Virus record (IMG/VR): IMGVR_UViG_3300042363_000446 | Reading direction: 5' to 3' (one strand) | DNA: 55,360 nt | Source: an uncultured virus (IMG/VR IMGVR_UViG_3300042363_000446) | Taxonomy: Duplodnaviria > Heunggongvirae > Uroviricota > Caudoviricetes | Shown here: piece by piece, positions 1 through 9,300 of the stretch | Layout: each line of letters starts with the position of its first letter | Numbering within the stretch: the first letter of the stretch is position 1 | Program-made: the position numbers and the translations under genes | The notes under the pieces: model-generated | The model's database searches: none | What the model was told of the DNA's origin: nothing | What the model saw: the letters and a program-made list of their open reading frames with translations, nothing else

Positions 1-1069
1 TAAATAATCCTACCGGTACTTCAGAAAATACGCCATCACCGAAAATATAAGTAACTTGATCGTTAAATCTAGAATTTACTGAAAATATTTTTTTGTCAGA
101 AAACTCTGTTTGTAGGTATGCGTCTGCATAAACGTTGTCAACTTTTCTCCAAAGTGTTCTATCACCATTGTTATTGTTTAACTGATATAACCACGTGTCT
201 GTATTATTAACACCTTGAATACTACCTATATCTACTGTTTGATTTGATATTTGTTGTTCTAAATTAAAATCAAAGTTTTGTAGTGTCCCTTGTTTGAAGT
301 AGAAAAAGAATCCAGTTTCAGGACTACCGTATCCCAACTTGTCATTACGATATAAAATGTTAAATCTACTACTAGGGTCAGGTGGAATTTCGTATATATA
401 ATCTTCACCTAAACTAGTTACAGATACTAACTCAAAACTCATGTTCTGTCCATCTACTGAAGAAGTAAACGGAGCAATGGGCAAACTATTATCAGGAATT
501 TTTATTGAATATTCGTTTGTTGTTACATTCACTATGTCAGTAGAATTACCCGGTCTACCTATGCGTTGAGTATCAACTAGAGTAGCATTGATAATAGTGT
601 TGAATTGTTCTAACCAATTTGGATTTGCTGGGTCATTCCAAAGTATAGGTATATTATTTAAATTAACACCATTGATGTCTAAAAGATTTTGTGTAGTTTG
701 GATACTAGTAACTTTCAAATAACCTTGAGCGGCTAAGTTTCTTTTAGGAGTATAGCTTACTAAGTTTGCTAACTTGATTACTGAGTCTCTGCGTTCAGCA
801 GTGTCAATAAAGTTTTCACGAGAGTTTAAGTCGTTTCTAAAAGCAAGACCCTGACCCATATAAGCCATAACGTCAAGCAGAGCAATAAACTCTGAACTTT
901 CAATATAGTCGTTAAAAGTTTCAGGATAATATAATTGCAAATAGTCTATAAAACTCTTTCTAAGAGTTTCATAGTCATAGCTTCTAAAATCCGCTTCTCT
1001 GAATGTCTGGTAAATCTGCTTCCAGTCATTGACTCCAAAAAGTCCGCTTTGTCTAGATGATGTTGCCAT
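1..1069 (-). CDS. gp6: Baseplate wedge protein, T4 gp6-like (5' part; runs off window start)
   Basis: Not in ORF track. Manual translation from ATG at 1069: MATSSRQSGLFGVNDWKQIYQTFREADFRSYDYETLRKSFIDYLQLYYPETFNDYIESSEFIALLDVMAYMGQGLAFRNDLNSRENFIDTAERRDSVIKLANLVSYTPKRN, matching the gp6 N-terminal pattern; adjacent to gp25. Confidence 0.85.
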   Translation of the reverse strand, partial: MATSSRQSGLFGVNDWKQIYQTFREADFRSYDYETLRKSFIDYLQLYYPETFNDYIESSEFIALLDVMAYMGQGLAFRNDLNSRENFIDTAERRDSVIKLANLVSYTPKRNLAAQGYLKVTSIQTTQNLLDINGVNLNNIPILWNDPANPNWLEQFNTIINATLVDTQRIGRPGNSTDIVNVTTNEYSIKIPDNSLPIAPFTSSVDGQNMSFELVSVTSLGEDYIYEIPPDPSSRFNILYRNDKLGYGSPETGFFFYFKQGTLQNFDFNLEQQISNQTVDIGSIQGVNNTDTWLYQLNNNNGDRTLWRKVDNVYADAYLQTEFSDKKIFSVNSRFNDQVTYIFGDGVFSEVPVGLF

Positions 1070-1094
1070 AATAAGTCTCGGTTAATATATACTA

Positions 1095-1102
1095 TATTTA
1101 TC
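1095..1102 (-). promoter_or_regulatory. T4-type late promoter (GATAAATA)
   Basis: Minus-strand GATAAATA ~26 nt upstream of the gp6 ATG; the same TAAATA core precedes most structural genes. Confidence 0.65.
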
Positions 1103-1132
1103 ATTTTGAAAAACCGAGAGTTTTATGATTTA

Positions 1133-1582
1133 TTAAATTCTAGAGGCTACACTAGTATCTTGATTAAAAAATACATTTAAAACTAATGCTTGATTGAATG
1201 GAGTTACTGCCATTTCTACTTCTATTAGTATACCGTTGTCACGAGGATAAATATTTACATAGTTAAGTTGAAGTCTTGGATCTAAACTAGCAACTCTTCT
1301 GACTTCAGTTTCTAACTGCTGCTGCGTATCAAAATTATTAGGCTCAAATACAAAACTCCAAAGAGTAGTTCCATATCCTGGTTGTCCTACTTTTTGTCCT
1401 AAGGGTATATTAAGTGCATTTATAAAGTCTTGAATAACTAGTTGACTATCCACCATTCTAAACTTTTTACCAAATACGATAGGATCAGTTATACCGCCGG
1501 TGCCGGCATCACTACCGGGCCTAGCGTTAGTAGTTTTTGGTTTGTCTGCATTTATTGTACTGAATCCGATGTATGTTGGCAT
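1133..1582 (-). CDS. gp25: Baseplate wedge subunit, gp25-like
   Basis: IPLGQKVGQPGYGTTLWSFVFEP...DPRLQL fits the gp25/GPW family; baseplate context. Confidence 0.85.
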   Translation of the reverse strand: MPTYIGFSTINADKPKTTNARPGSDAGTGGITDPIVFGKKFRMVDSQLVIQDFINALNIPLGQKVGQPGYGTTLWSFVFEPNNFDTQQQLETEVRRVASLDPRLQLNYVNIYPRDNGILIEVEMAVTPFNQALVLNVFFNQDTSVASRI

Positions 1583-1597
1583 GATGTATTTATTCTT

Positions 1598-4500
1598 TTA
1601 TTGTTGGTTACTTATTGCGTCTATTCTTGCTTGATAGTCTCTTTTCTTAGCAAATAGTGCATCAAGTTTTGCTTGTACTTCATCTTTTTTACGTTTAACT
1701 TCGGGATCGCCGGCTGGAGAATTTTGCTCTTCTGTTAATACAGCTATACCCTCTGTTTGTTTTACCCTTAATATTTGTATATTTACACCCTGTATCTTTT
1801 CTCTAAGATCAATTATTTCTCTGTCCACTCGTCTTATATCAGTTAAGCTTTGTACAGCCTGTCTAGAAACTTCTCCAGTAAAAGTTGGATTAGGTATTCC
1901 TGGATCTCCTAACAATGAAACTGTTTTCTGATTGATAGATTCTCTGTTAGTAGTGTTTACTGCAACTGATAATGTTCTAGATTTTCCTTTGCCGCCAAAC
2001 AATGATTTTACAGCAGAAATAGCAGACATTGCACCAGCAATAGATCCTATCGGCAATCCTGAAAGAGATTTTGCTAGTCCACCTGATAATCCACTAGTTA
2101 TACCTCCTAGTCCACCTGTTAAGCTACTAGTTATACCTCCTAGTCCACCTGTTAAGCTACTAGTTATACCTCCTAATCCGCCTGTTAAGCTACCGGTTAT
2201 ACCGCCTAGTCCACCTGATAATCCGCTAGTTAAACTGCTCAAGTCACCTGGTAATTTTGGAAGAGGTAAATTATTCATTGCAGAGCTAAAAGATCCAGTG
2301 ACTAATGACGATATTTGACCAGATCCGGGAATGCTAGTTAAATTTGGTAATGCTTTATCAGTAAAAGATGCAATTGATTTCAATCCACCGGGCATATTGA
2401 TTATCCCGCTAGCTATATTAGTAGATTCCAAGAGTGAAGTGCCAGTGAATCCCTGTAATGCTTGAGCACCTAACGAACTAACGGGATTTAATTTACTAAT
2501 AACATCTGCGCTAGCTTGCCCTACTACATTAGAAAGTGAATCAGAAACTATTTGCTGACTACTAACCGAAGTACCTAAATTAGTAGCTACTCCAGCTCTG
2601 AAAGAAGGGAATGACAAGTTTATTGCAGAAAATGTAGAGCCCACAATACCGGTATTACTTGCTATCGGGCCACTAATACTTGGTGATATAGACATCGCAT
2701 TTACTGCTTGTGAAATTCCGCCGAAGCCTTCTATTGTGTTTGTTGCTTCTGTCACAGATGCGGTAGCTAAACCTATGTCTCTTAGTACAGAAGAATCAGT
2801 AGTATTTTTATTAACTACAGTTCTTACTGTAGTTACTGTGTTACTTAAACCAGAGTTAACACCTGAAAAAACCACTCCTGCTATTTGACCTGATGTTTCT
2901 CTTCCTGTAATTACACCCGTATTAGTTAACGCTGTTTGTGATTGTCGCAGTGTTGTAACAACCGTGTTAGTTTGAGATTGTATTTGTCTAGTATAGGTAC
3001 TTAAATTCTCTGCACCAGAGTTACCAGTAAACAATGTACTTGGCATAGCCTGCGTAATATTAGCCCCTGAACTTACTAATGAATTAATTAGCCTATCTGA
3101 TCCCGGTTTCAAGACACCAGCACTTGCTAGTTGCGCCGGGCTTTGTGCAAATGCTCCTATCGCAGCGATTCTTGACGAACCCACATTTACTACGGATGCT
3201 CCTCGTTGTATAGCCGAAGATAGAGGTCCTGAAGCTGCTTGCTGAGCAGTAGCACCTATTAGTGCAGTAGTAGCTGAACTGTTTAAAGATTTGCTAATGG
3301 CTCCGGCAGTAGGCGAGGACAATGCAGTTGCTAGTCTTGCCGGCACAGCACCTGTTCTAAGTCCTGCTTGTACTACATTAGATAAAGCTGAACTAGGACC
3401 CTGAGGTAGTTGTGAAGAAGAACTTAGATCAACCTTTATGTCTACTCCTTGACCTGCATGAGCCCATGGCGCGTGAGCAGGTGCCCTAGATGTTACACTC
3501 ATCAACTTACCAGGCGCTGCGGTAAATCCCTTTTGATTATCAAAAAGAGTATCAGTGTGCGCTATTAAAGGAGTAGGTGCTGCATCTAAAGGAATAATAG
3601 GAGATTTACCTGTGTTTAAATTTATTAGTCCTCCGTTTATAAAAGTTAATGCAGTACTTGAGAATGAAGCTATACCGGTAGCTTGAAGACTCATTGCTCC
3701 TAAAACTTTAGTTGTAACCATTCCTAAAGCAGAAGTTATTAAGTTCATACCTATAGATTGTGTTAATGATTTATCAGTGGCTATATTCATGTTTTCTGCA
3801 TGAATATTTAAATTTTTAGCCGCGTGTATATTCAAGTCATTGTCAGCGTGTAAATTTAGATCACCGTGAGTTCTTAAGTTAATGGAATTTGTAGAGTAAA
3901 TGTCTACTGTACCTTCTTTACCTAATTCTATATACGATTGTCCGTTGGAGTGTAGAACCATTAATGTTTGTCCGTCATCACTCATAAGTATTTGATGACC
4001 TTTTGCTGTTCTTATTCGGACTAACTGATCTCTACCTATAACATCACCGTCATCCATTACAATAGAATGTCCGCCGCGTCTAGATATCACTCGTAATTTT
4101 TGATCAATGTTTGTTGGGTTATTTTTTATATTTTCAGCAATTGTTTCATCATCAAAACCTCCTTCATATATAGGTCTACCGGGTGTGCTTACTCCCCATC
4201 CCACTCTACTAGAAGTTTCTCGTTGTGCGCTTGATGATATCGGACCTCTCACTGGATCTCTTATTATACCTTGCTGTTCCATGATAGCCGCTGTATAACT
4301 ATGTACTGGTTTGGTTGCAGTTATAAAACCCGGCTTGTTAGATTCAGCTTGGTTATTTGTATTCATATTTGTAGTAGGTAGTCTGGGCGCCCCTCCGTAA
4401 GTAGAACCCTCGCTATCATTATTGAATGATACATTTTCTTGTTGATCGGTAAAAGTTGCACCAATAGCAGGAACCATATGTAAAGTTTCTGGGTCCGGTA

Positions 4501-4876
4501 CGCACCCTATGTAAAAACCATAGTTTACATCCCCGTTAACAAAAACACAAATTACAGTAGTTCCTATATCGGGAGGGGCGTGCCACTCACCATATGACGA
4601 TGGATTGTGTTTAAAATCTCCAGAACCCTCACTACTTGAAGTTGGTCTAACACTTCCAAAAAAGTTAGTCATATATCTCACAGTTACCCAACCAGAAGAA
4701 TTCTCTGGATCTAAACTGTTTAAACCGGATATGTAAACTTTAAGCCTACCTGCCCTGACAGGGTCAATATTATCTTTTACTATACCAAACACAGGAGAAG
4801 ACCTGATAAATGCTCCACCTGAGTCAGGTTTATATGCGTTCAATGTTCCTCTAGGTTTGAATACGTTTTCAGCCAT
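1598..4876 (-). CDS. Baseplate central spike, gp5/VgrG-like, with long low-complexity C-terminal extension
   Basis: N-terminal OB-fold motifs (DPVRAGRLKV, PPDIGTTVICVF), GHSIVMDD/GHQILMSDD beta-helix region, GGLINLN spike end; no lysozyme domain seen. Confidence 0.75.
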   Translation of the reverse strand: MAENVFKPRGTLNAYKPDSGGAFIRSSPVFGIVKDNIDPVRAGRLKVYISGLNSLDPENSSGWVTVRYMTNFFGSVRPTSSSEGSGDFKHNPSSYGEWHAPPDIGTTVICVFVNGDVNYGFYIGCVPDPETLHMVPAIGATFTDQQENVSFNNDSEGSTYGGAPRLPTTNMNTNNQAESNKPGFITATKPVHSYTAAIMEQQGIIRDPVRGPISSSAQRETSSRVGWGVSTPGRPIYEGGFDDETIAENIKNNPTNIDQKLRVISRRGGHSIVMDDGDVIGRDQLVRIRTAKGHQILMSDDGQTLMVLHSNGQSYIELGKEGTVDIYSTNSINLRTHGDLNLHADNDLNIHAAKNLNIHAENMNIATDKSLTQSIGMNLITSALGMVTTKVLGAMSLQATGIASFSSTALTFINGGLINLNTGKSPIIPLDAAPTPLIAHTDTLFDNQKGFTAAPGKLMSVTSRAPAHAPWAHAGQGVDIKVDLSSSSQLPQGPSSALSNVVQAGLRTGAVPARLATALSSPTAGAISKSLNSSATTALIGATAQQAASGPLSSAIQRGASVVNVGSSRIAAIGAFAQSPAQLASAGVLKPGSDRLINSLVSSGANITQAMPSTLFTGNSGAENLSTYTRQIQSQTNTVVTTLRQSQTALTNTGVITGRETSGQIAGVVFSGVNSGLSNTVTTVRTVVNKNTTDSSVLRDIGLATASVTEATNTIEGFGGISQAVNAMSISPSISGPIASNTGIVGSTFSAINLSFPSFRAGVATNLGTSVSSQQIVSDSLSNVVGQASADVISKLNPVSSLGAQALQGFTGTSLLESTNIASGIINMPGGLKSIASFTDKALPNLTSIPGSGQISSLVTGSFSSAMNNLPLPKLPGDLSSLTSGLSGGLGGITGSLTGGLGGITSSLTGGLGGITSSLTGGLGGITSGLSGGLAKSLSGLPIGSIAGAMSAISAVKSLFGGKGKSRTLSVAVNTTNRESINQKTVSLLGDPGIPNPTFTGEVSRQAVQSLTDIRRVDREIIDLREKIQGVNIQILRVKQTEGIAVLTEEQNSPAGDPEVKRKKDEVQAKLDALFAKKRDYQARIDAISNQQ
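2074..2232. repeat. 33-bp tandem repeat (~5 copies) encoding GGLGGITSSLT in the gp5-like gene
   Basis: Unit ctagtccacctg... recurs at 2074, 2107, 2140, 2173, 2206. Confidence 0.9.
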
Positions 4877-4887
4877 TTTTTTAACCT

Positions 4888-7008
4888 TTAATCATCTGTT
4901 GTTGATGTTGTACCGAGTCTAAACGGTATTTGTATAGTAGATTCAGCAGGAACTGGATTAATTTGTGGTACTATATTAGTTACTAAGTTCTTAATAAATC
5001 CAGTATTGGACGTAGTTACATTACTGTTTGTTGTAGTGGGACCTGTTCCGGTAGTTTTAGGACCTATAGTAGAGTCAGTAAACTGGTAAGTCATTTTACA
5101 TGTTAACACTTGTTTGAATACTCCTCCTGAAAAAGTACTGTCTACGTTTACTACTTGATAACTTATTCCTTTAATATTAGCTGTTTCCGGATAGTTCCAA
5201 AATCTAATTTGATCATTAATAGAAAGAGTGCCTGTATTGTAATTATAATCTTTTGCTTCTCTAAAATCTAATTCTATAAAAACTTGTCCGCCGTTAGCAC
5301 TAATAGTAAAGTTGTTTGCTCCATAAAATTGATTGTAAACTTGATTAGGGCTATCTATTGTGTCTTCCATTAAAAAGTCCGGGTCGCCTAATATTGTTAT
5401 CTTTGCCTCAGCAAAACTTTTAGGATCAGATAAATCAGTTAATACACTGTTTTCAGCAGCAAGGTTCGTATCTGTAGGGGCCCCGGTGTTATCTCCATTA
5501 ACCGATTGAGTACCAAGAATACGAGGAGTTTCTGGTGCTATACCTGGACCTGAATTTTCATTTATATCCGGAAGATTATTTGGATTAAATATTATCATAA
5601 AATAATTGTTATCCAATCGCTGTTCGTATTCAAGCACTTCAGAATTTTGACCAGTATACCAGTATTCGTATCGTTTACTAGGTCCATAATATCCTATGCC
5701 AGGATTAGCTAACGGATTAATAATAACAGGGGTATCATACTTTTGTAGTACGTATGTTATGATATAAGCATAGTCTTTTATTTTAGGATCCCATATACCA
5801 CCAGAAACACGGGCGCTTAATGTATACCAAGAAAAGCTTTTACTAGAATTTGATATAATCCTTCTGTCGCGTTTAGTTGGATCAGGTTCAAGATCGGTAG
5901 TTTGTATTTGTCTTAACGCATCTGTCAGATAACTGCTTTGTTTTATTATTTGACTTATTCCTTGCATTATAGAAATTTTTTCAAAAGTAAACTCTTTTTT
6001 AGTAGGATCATATGCTGCTCCCTGGCGTTCATTTACCTGATTGACAGTCAGAGCACCACTACCTGATGTTCTAAGTTTCTCTATATCACTATCATTAACT
6101 ATAGATGCTTTTGCTATAGGATTATCTGTTGAATTTGGTGAATCCGGAAATCCATGGTATTCTAGCCTATAAAGAGTTGGCTTTATGTCATTATTATATT
6201 CTAATCTAAGTTGCTCATTATTAAGACCGTCTATTAGTTGTTGTAACGATTCCCCTACTGTACTTGCAGAAATAGAAACAGCATTATTTATAAATCCTTT
6301 TTTTGTGCCGAATCCGGTGTTTTGATCTATAGGGCTTGCTATAATATCATAAACAGTTGCTTTTCCGTCAATTTTAAATTTTATGTTTGTAATAGTTAAA
6401 AAGTAATACCTATTAAAAAGTCTGTTACTATCATTATTAAAATCTAGCGATACATCATCATATTGTTGATTACCCGACATTAAGTTTCCATTCTTATCAT
6501 ACCCTAAAAACCCAACACTTAACACAAAAGGCATTCGTGTGGGATTATTAGGAAATGAAGTAGCAACAGCAAAACTATCTCTAGCTTTTTTTAAATTGCT
6601 TATAAAAGAAAATCCATATGGTTCTATAATCTTAAATGAAATATTAGTTACATTAGTAAATGTATGATTTGTTGCACCGGTTTTATTTTTTATTACTAAG
6701 TCATCTATATAATAATCTAGTTCAAATCCCGGTGCTGTATTAGAAGTAGTATTGTTTATGCCGCCGTTTTGTGCTACTAAGTAAGCGGTATTAGTGTCAT
6801 TCAAAATAGTACCGTCTTTTGCATTAGTTGACCTAAACAAATCCATTCCGGTTGGTGTTACTAAGTATAAGCCAATTTGATAATTATAACTAGAATAATA
6901 ACCTAAAGGATTTTTAGTTCTTCTACCTGGTTTATTTTCAATATTAGGAGGTGTAACATTATAAAATCTAAATTCATCAGATGAATCATCATTTACTGTA
7001 TTTGTCAT
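4888..7008 (-). CDS. Probable baseplate hub/tail protein (gp27-like)
   Basis: Directly upstream of the gp5-like gene; AKITILGDPDFL...YQVVNVDSTFSGGVFKQVLTC is typical of hub-fold C-termini. Confidence 0.55.
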   Translation of the reverse strand: MTNTVNDDSSDEFRFYNVTPPNIENKPGRRTKNPLGYYSSYNYQIGLYLVTPTGMDLFRSTNAKDGTILNDTNTAYLVAQNGGINNTTSNTAPGFELDYYIDDLVIKNKTGATNHTFTNVTNISFKIIEPYGFSFISNLKKARDSFAVATSFPNNPTRMPFVLSVGFLGYDKNGNLMSGNQQYDDVSLDFNNDSNRLFNRYYFLTITNIKFKIDGKATVYDIIASPIDQNTGFGTKKGFINNAVSISASTVGESLQQLIDGLNNEQLRLEYNNDIKPTLYRLEYHGFPDSPNSTDNPIAKASIVNDSDIEKLRTSGSGALTVNQVNERQGAAYDPTKKEFTFEKISIMQGISQIIKQSSYLTDALRQIQTTDLEPDPTKRDRRIISNSSKSFSWYTLSARVSGGIWDPKIKDYAYIITYVLQKYDTPVIINPLANPGIGYYGPSKRYEYWYTGQNSEVLEYEQRLDNNYFMIIFNPNNLPDINENSGPGIAPETPRILGTQSVNGDNTGAPTDTNLAAENSVLTDLSDPKSFAEAKITILGDPDFLMEDTIDSPNQVYNQFYGANNFTISANGGQVFIELDFREAKDYNYNTGTLSINDQIRFWNYPETANIKGISYQVVNVDSTFSGGVFKQVLTCKMTYQFTDSTIGPKTTGTGPTTTNSNVTTSNTGFIKNLVTNIVPQINPVPAESTIQIPFRLGTTSTTDD

Positions 7009-7009
7009 C

Positions 7010-7327
7010 TTAAATGCCTAACACCTGTTTTAATGTGCTCATTTTAGGTATATAAATTGATATACCTGCAACAAAGTCAAAATATGGATCGTAACCTAGT
7101 TTGTTGGGATTGCGTTCAGCAAATACCCACCATAATCTAGAATCACTATATAAGTCATAGGCTAGCATATCAGGCCTAAATTCATAAACTTGAGGTATAA
7201 TATATAATACATCAGAAGCTAACTTAGGTATAGGTCTGTACCTCAATGTATCTAGATACTTATCATCATTAATATCTGTCAGATAATAAGGACTTGTTGC
7301 AGGATATATACTATTTGACATTACCAT
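7010..7327 (-). CDS. Baseplate wedge protein, gp53/LysM-like (start may be 7321)
   Basis: YEFRPDMLAYDLYSDSRLWWVFAERNP...IYIP motif of the gp53/tail X family. Confidence 0.75.
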   Translation of the reverse strand: MVMSNSIYPATSPYYLTDINDDKYLDTLRYRPIPKLASDVLYIIPQVYEFRPDMLAYDLYSDSRLWWVFAERNPNKLGYDPYFDFVAGISIYIPKMSTLKQVLGI

Positions 7328-8214
7328 ATACCTTTTGTAGTTAAACTACCGTTAGCATATTGTTCTAAACTAAATTTGTCTCTGATGTCATTTCTAGAAA
7401 CAACTGGATATGCTGTTAACTGTATTTGTATCTGTGTAGGAACATATGTTGCGTCAGTAAATTTACCCGGTCTCGGCGGAGAGAATACTGTAGGTGGTGC
7501 TTCTCCGCCGGGCAATAAAGTTAACCCTAGTCTGGCTATTCGCTGTATTATTGTGGGCTCTTTTGCTTGTGTTCCTTCTTGAGCACCGGTTGGTGGCTCG
7601 TTATTTGGAACCGGGGACGGAGACTCAAGTTGCGCCCTTATATAATCTACTTTATCAGGTAGACTATAGTTAAAACTAGTAATTACTATAGGATGATTAT
7701 TGAACTGATAAGTGCCTAACCCTGATAGAAAACACAACGGGGGAGGAGTACCGTTCACTGGCATTTGATCTCGACCATAAAACATTTTAGTAACTGATTT
7801 AAAAAAGTGTATAACTGCTAACATATAGTTGGCTTCTTCAGTATCTTGCGCTGTAAAGGTAGCAGTTATTGAAATTTGATCTACACTACTGTTTCTGTAC
7901 TGATAAATTTTATAATTAGAATGAACAGGTTCTGTAGGTTCATAGTTTGCAGCATAACTTACCTGAATTTGTGGTGTGTAAGGGAATATCACACCTTTAG
8001 TGCCGTTAAGGGGTTTAAGTATACCTGGCTTTGATGCTTTATATAAATATGTTGCATCCGGCGCTAGGCTTAGTCGCACTCTCCAGTCATTCTGCGCCTG
8101 TTCAAATTGATTGTTAGTTGCAGATTCTTGTGTGCGAGTTATATCCCCAGGCAAGCCGGCAAGCTTGCCAAGACCTTTTCTTATTAGACTTTGTGTAAAC
8201 GGACTTATTGCCAT
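7321..8214 (-). CDS. Baseplate tail-tube initiator/cap-like protein (gp48/gp54-like)
   Basis: FPYTPQIQVSY...ISITATFTAQ...PPPLCFLSGLG...VITSFNYSLP tube-fold motifs; first gene of the baseplate operon. Confidence 0.55.
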   Translation of the reverse strand: MAISPFTQSLIRKGLGKLAGLPGDITRTQESATNNQFEQAQNDWRVRLSLAPDATYLYKASKPGILKPLNGTKGVIFPYTPQIQVSYAANYEPTEPVHSNYKIYQYRNSSVDQISITATFTAQDTEEANYMLAVIHFFKSVTKMFYGRDQMPVNGTPPPLCFLSGLGTYQFNNHPIVITSFNYSLPDKVDYIRAQLESPSPVPNNEPPTGAQEGTQAKEPTIIQRIARLGLTLLPGGEAPPTVFSPPRPGKFTDATYVPTQIQIQLTAYPVVSRNDIRDKFSLEQYANGSLTTKGIW

Positions 8215-8226
8215 TGATTAATTCCT

Positions 8227-8257
8227 ATGATAAATAGTATCTCATTGTATTTATCAT
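8227..8257. promoter_or_regulatory. Face-to-face pair of late promoters (ATGATAAATA-N11-TATTTATCAT)
   Basis: Perfect 10-bp inverted repeat, each half a late promoter core, between the divergent baseplate operon and gp55. Confidence 0.65.
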
Positions 8258-8287
8258 TCAAAAAATCGCCAAATTTTCCCTTTGTAC

Positions 8288-8316
8288 TTGATATAAGTGC
8301 ATGATTTGTATATAGT
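8288..8316 (+). promoter_or_regulatory. Sigma70-like promoter upstream of gp55
   Basis: TTGATA-N17-TATAGT. Confidence 0.55.
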
Positions 8317-8344
8317 TTAACTTCTACAATTACTAAGAGGTATT

Positions 8345-9250
8345 ATGATTACAACTATAACAGCTACACCAAAGAAAGTTAATTATTTAAATAACAAAGA
8401 TATTTTAAAACAAATACACGAAAGCAAAACATCATATTGCGCATTTACAAACAAAGACTATCATAGATATGATTTGATTATTGACAAACCCACAGAAAGC
8501 ATAGAACAAAGTTTAGATCATGCTTATTTACCTGAACAAATTCAACAAGCAAAAGAAGTTAGAGCAGCAAGACTATCACATGAGCTAGGTGAAAAGATTC
8601 TTCCTGAAAGTATACAACAAACTGATCTCGTATTTAGAGTTATGACTTGGGATCATATTCCTGTTGCAGTTAAACAACCTAGAAAAACAGTAGTAAAAAA
8701 ATCAGCCAAAGACTTAATTTTGTTTGACGATCATGAAGGTTTAGACGCTTTTGCTGACTTAGAAGATCCGGTAACAAAAGTTGAAGTAGACGATATGGTA
8801 CATGTAAAGGTAAACTTTCCCCCATTTCAGCATTTTAAATTAGATGAAAACAACAGCTTTATATGCGTGGGCAAGTCGCATTGGAAAGGTGACTTACAAA
8901 CCGGAGAGTTTTCCAAAGAGCACGGAAAGATTACTGACAAGTTAGCTAGAATGTATATTATGCTTTGCGAAAAGTATGCTATGAAGTTTAACTGGCGCGG
9001 ATATACTTATAATGATGAAATGCGTGGTGCAGCCATTTTACAACTAACTTATGTTGGCTTAAGATTCAATGAAGCGAAATCAGCTAATCCATTTGCTTAT
9101 TACACTGCTGCTATTACCAATTCTTTTTGTAGAGTTTTAAATACCGAAAAACGAGTACAACACATTAGAGATGATATATTAGAAGCTAATGGGTTAGCCC
9201 CAAGTTGGACTAGACAGGGTGAAAACTCTGATAAAGATTATCAAGGGTAA
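8345..9250 (+). CDS. gp55: Late-transcription sigma factor, gp55-like, with large internal insertion
   Basis: NYLNNKDIL and KFNWRGYTYNDEM...RFNEAKSANPFAYYTAAITNSF match T4 gp55 blocks; gp55-gp47-gp46 synteny. Confidence 0.8.
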   Translation: MITTITATPKKVNYLNNKDILKQIHESKTSYCAFTNKDYHRYDLIIDKPTESIEQSLDHAYLPEQIQQAKEVRAARLSHELGEKILPESIQQTDLVFRVMTWDHIPVAVKQPRKTVVKKSAKDLILFDDHEGLDAFADLEDPVTKVEVDDMVHVKVNFPPFQHFKLDENNSFICVGKSHWKGDLQTGEFSKEHGKITDKLARMYIMLCEKYAMKFNWRGYTYNDEMRGAAILQLTYVGLRFNEAKSANPFAYYTAAITNSFCRVLNTEKRVQHIRDDILEANGLAPSWTRQGENSDKDYQG

Positions 9251-9264
9251 TATTACCTTTCTAG

Positions 9265-9293
9265 TTGATCTCTTTCTATTAACATACTATACT
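9265..9293 (+). promoter_or_regulatory. Sigma70-like promoter upstream of gp47 (probably leaderless mRNA)
   Basis: TTGATC-N17-TATACT ending 7 nt before ATG 9301; no SD sequence. Confidence 0.5.
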
Positions 9294-9300
9294 ACGGTTT

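Noticed and set aside
2074..2232. 33-bp and 51-bp (16978-17124) repeats as CRISPR arrays
   Set aside because: Head-to-tail, in-frame coding repeats without unique spacers; no cas genes
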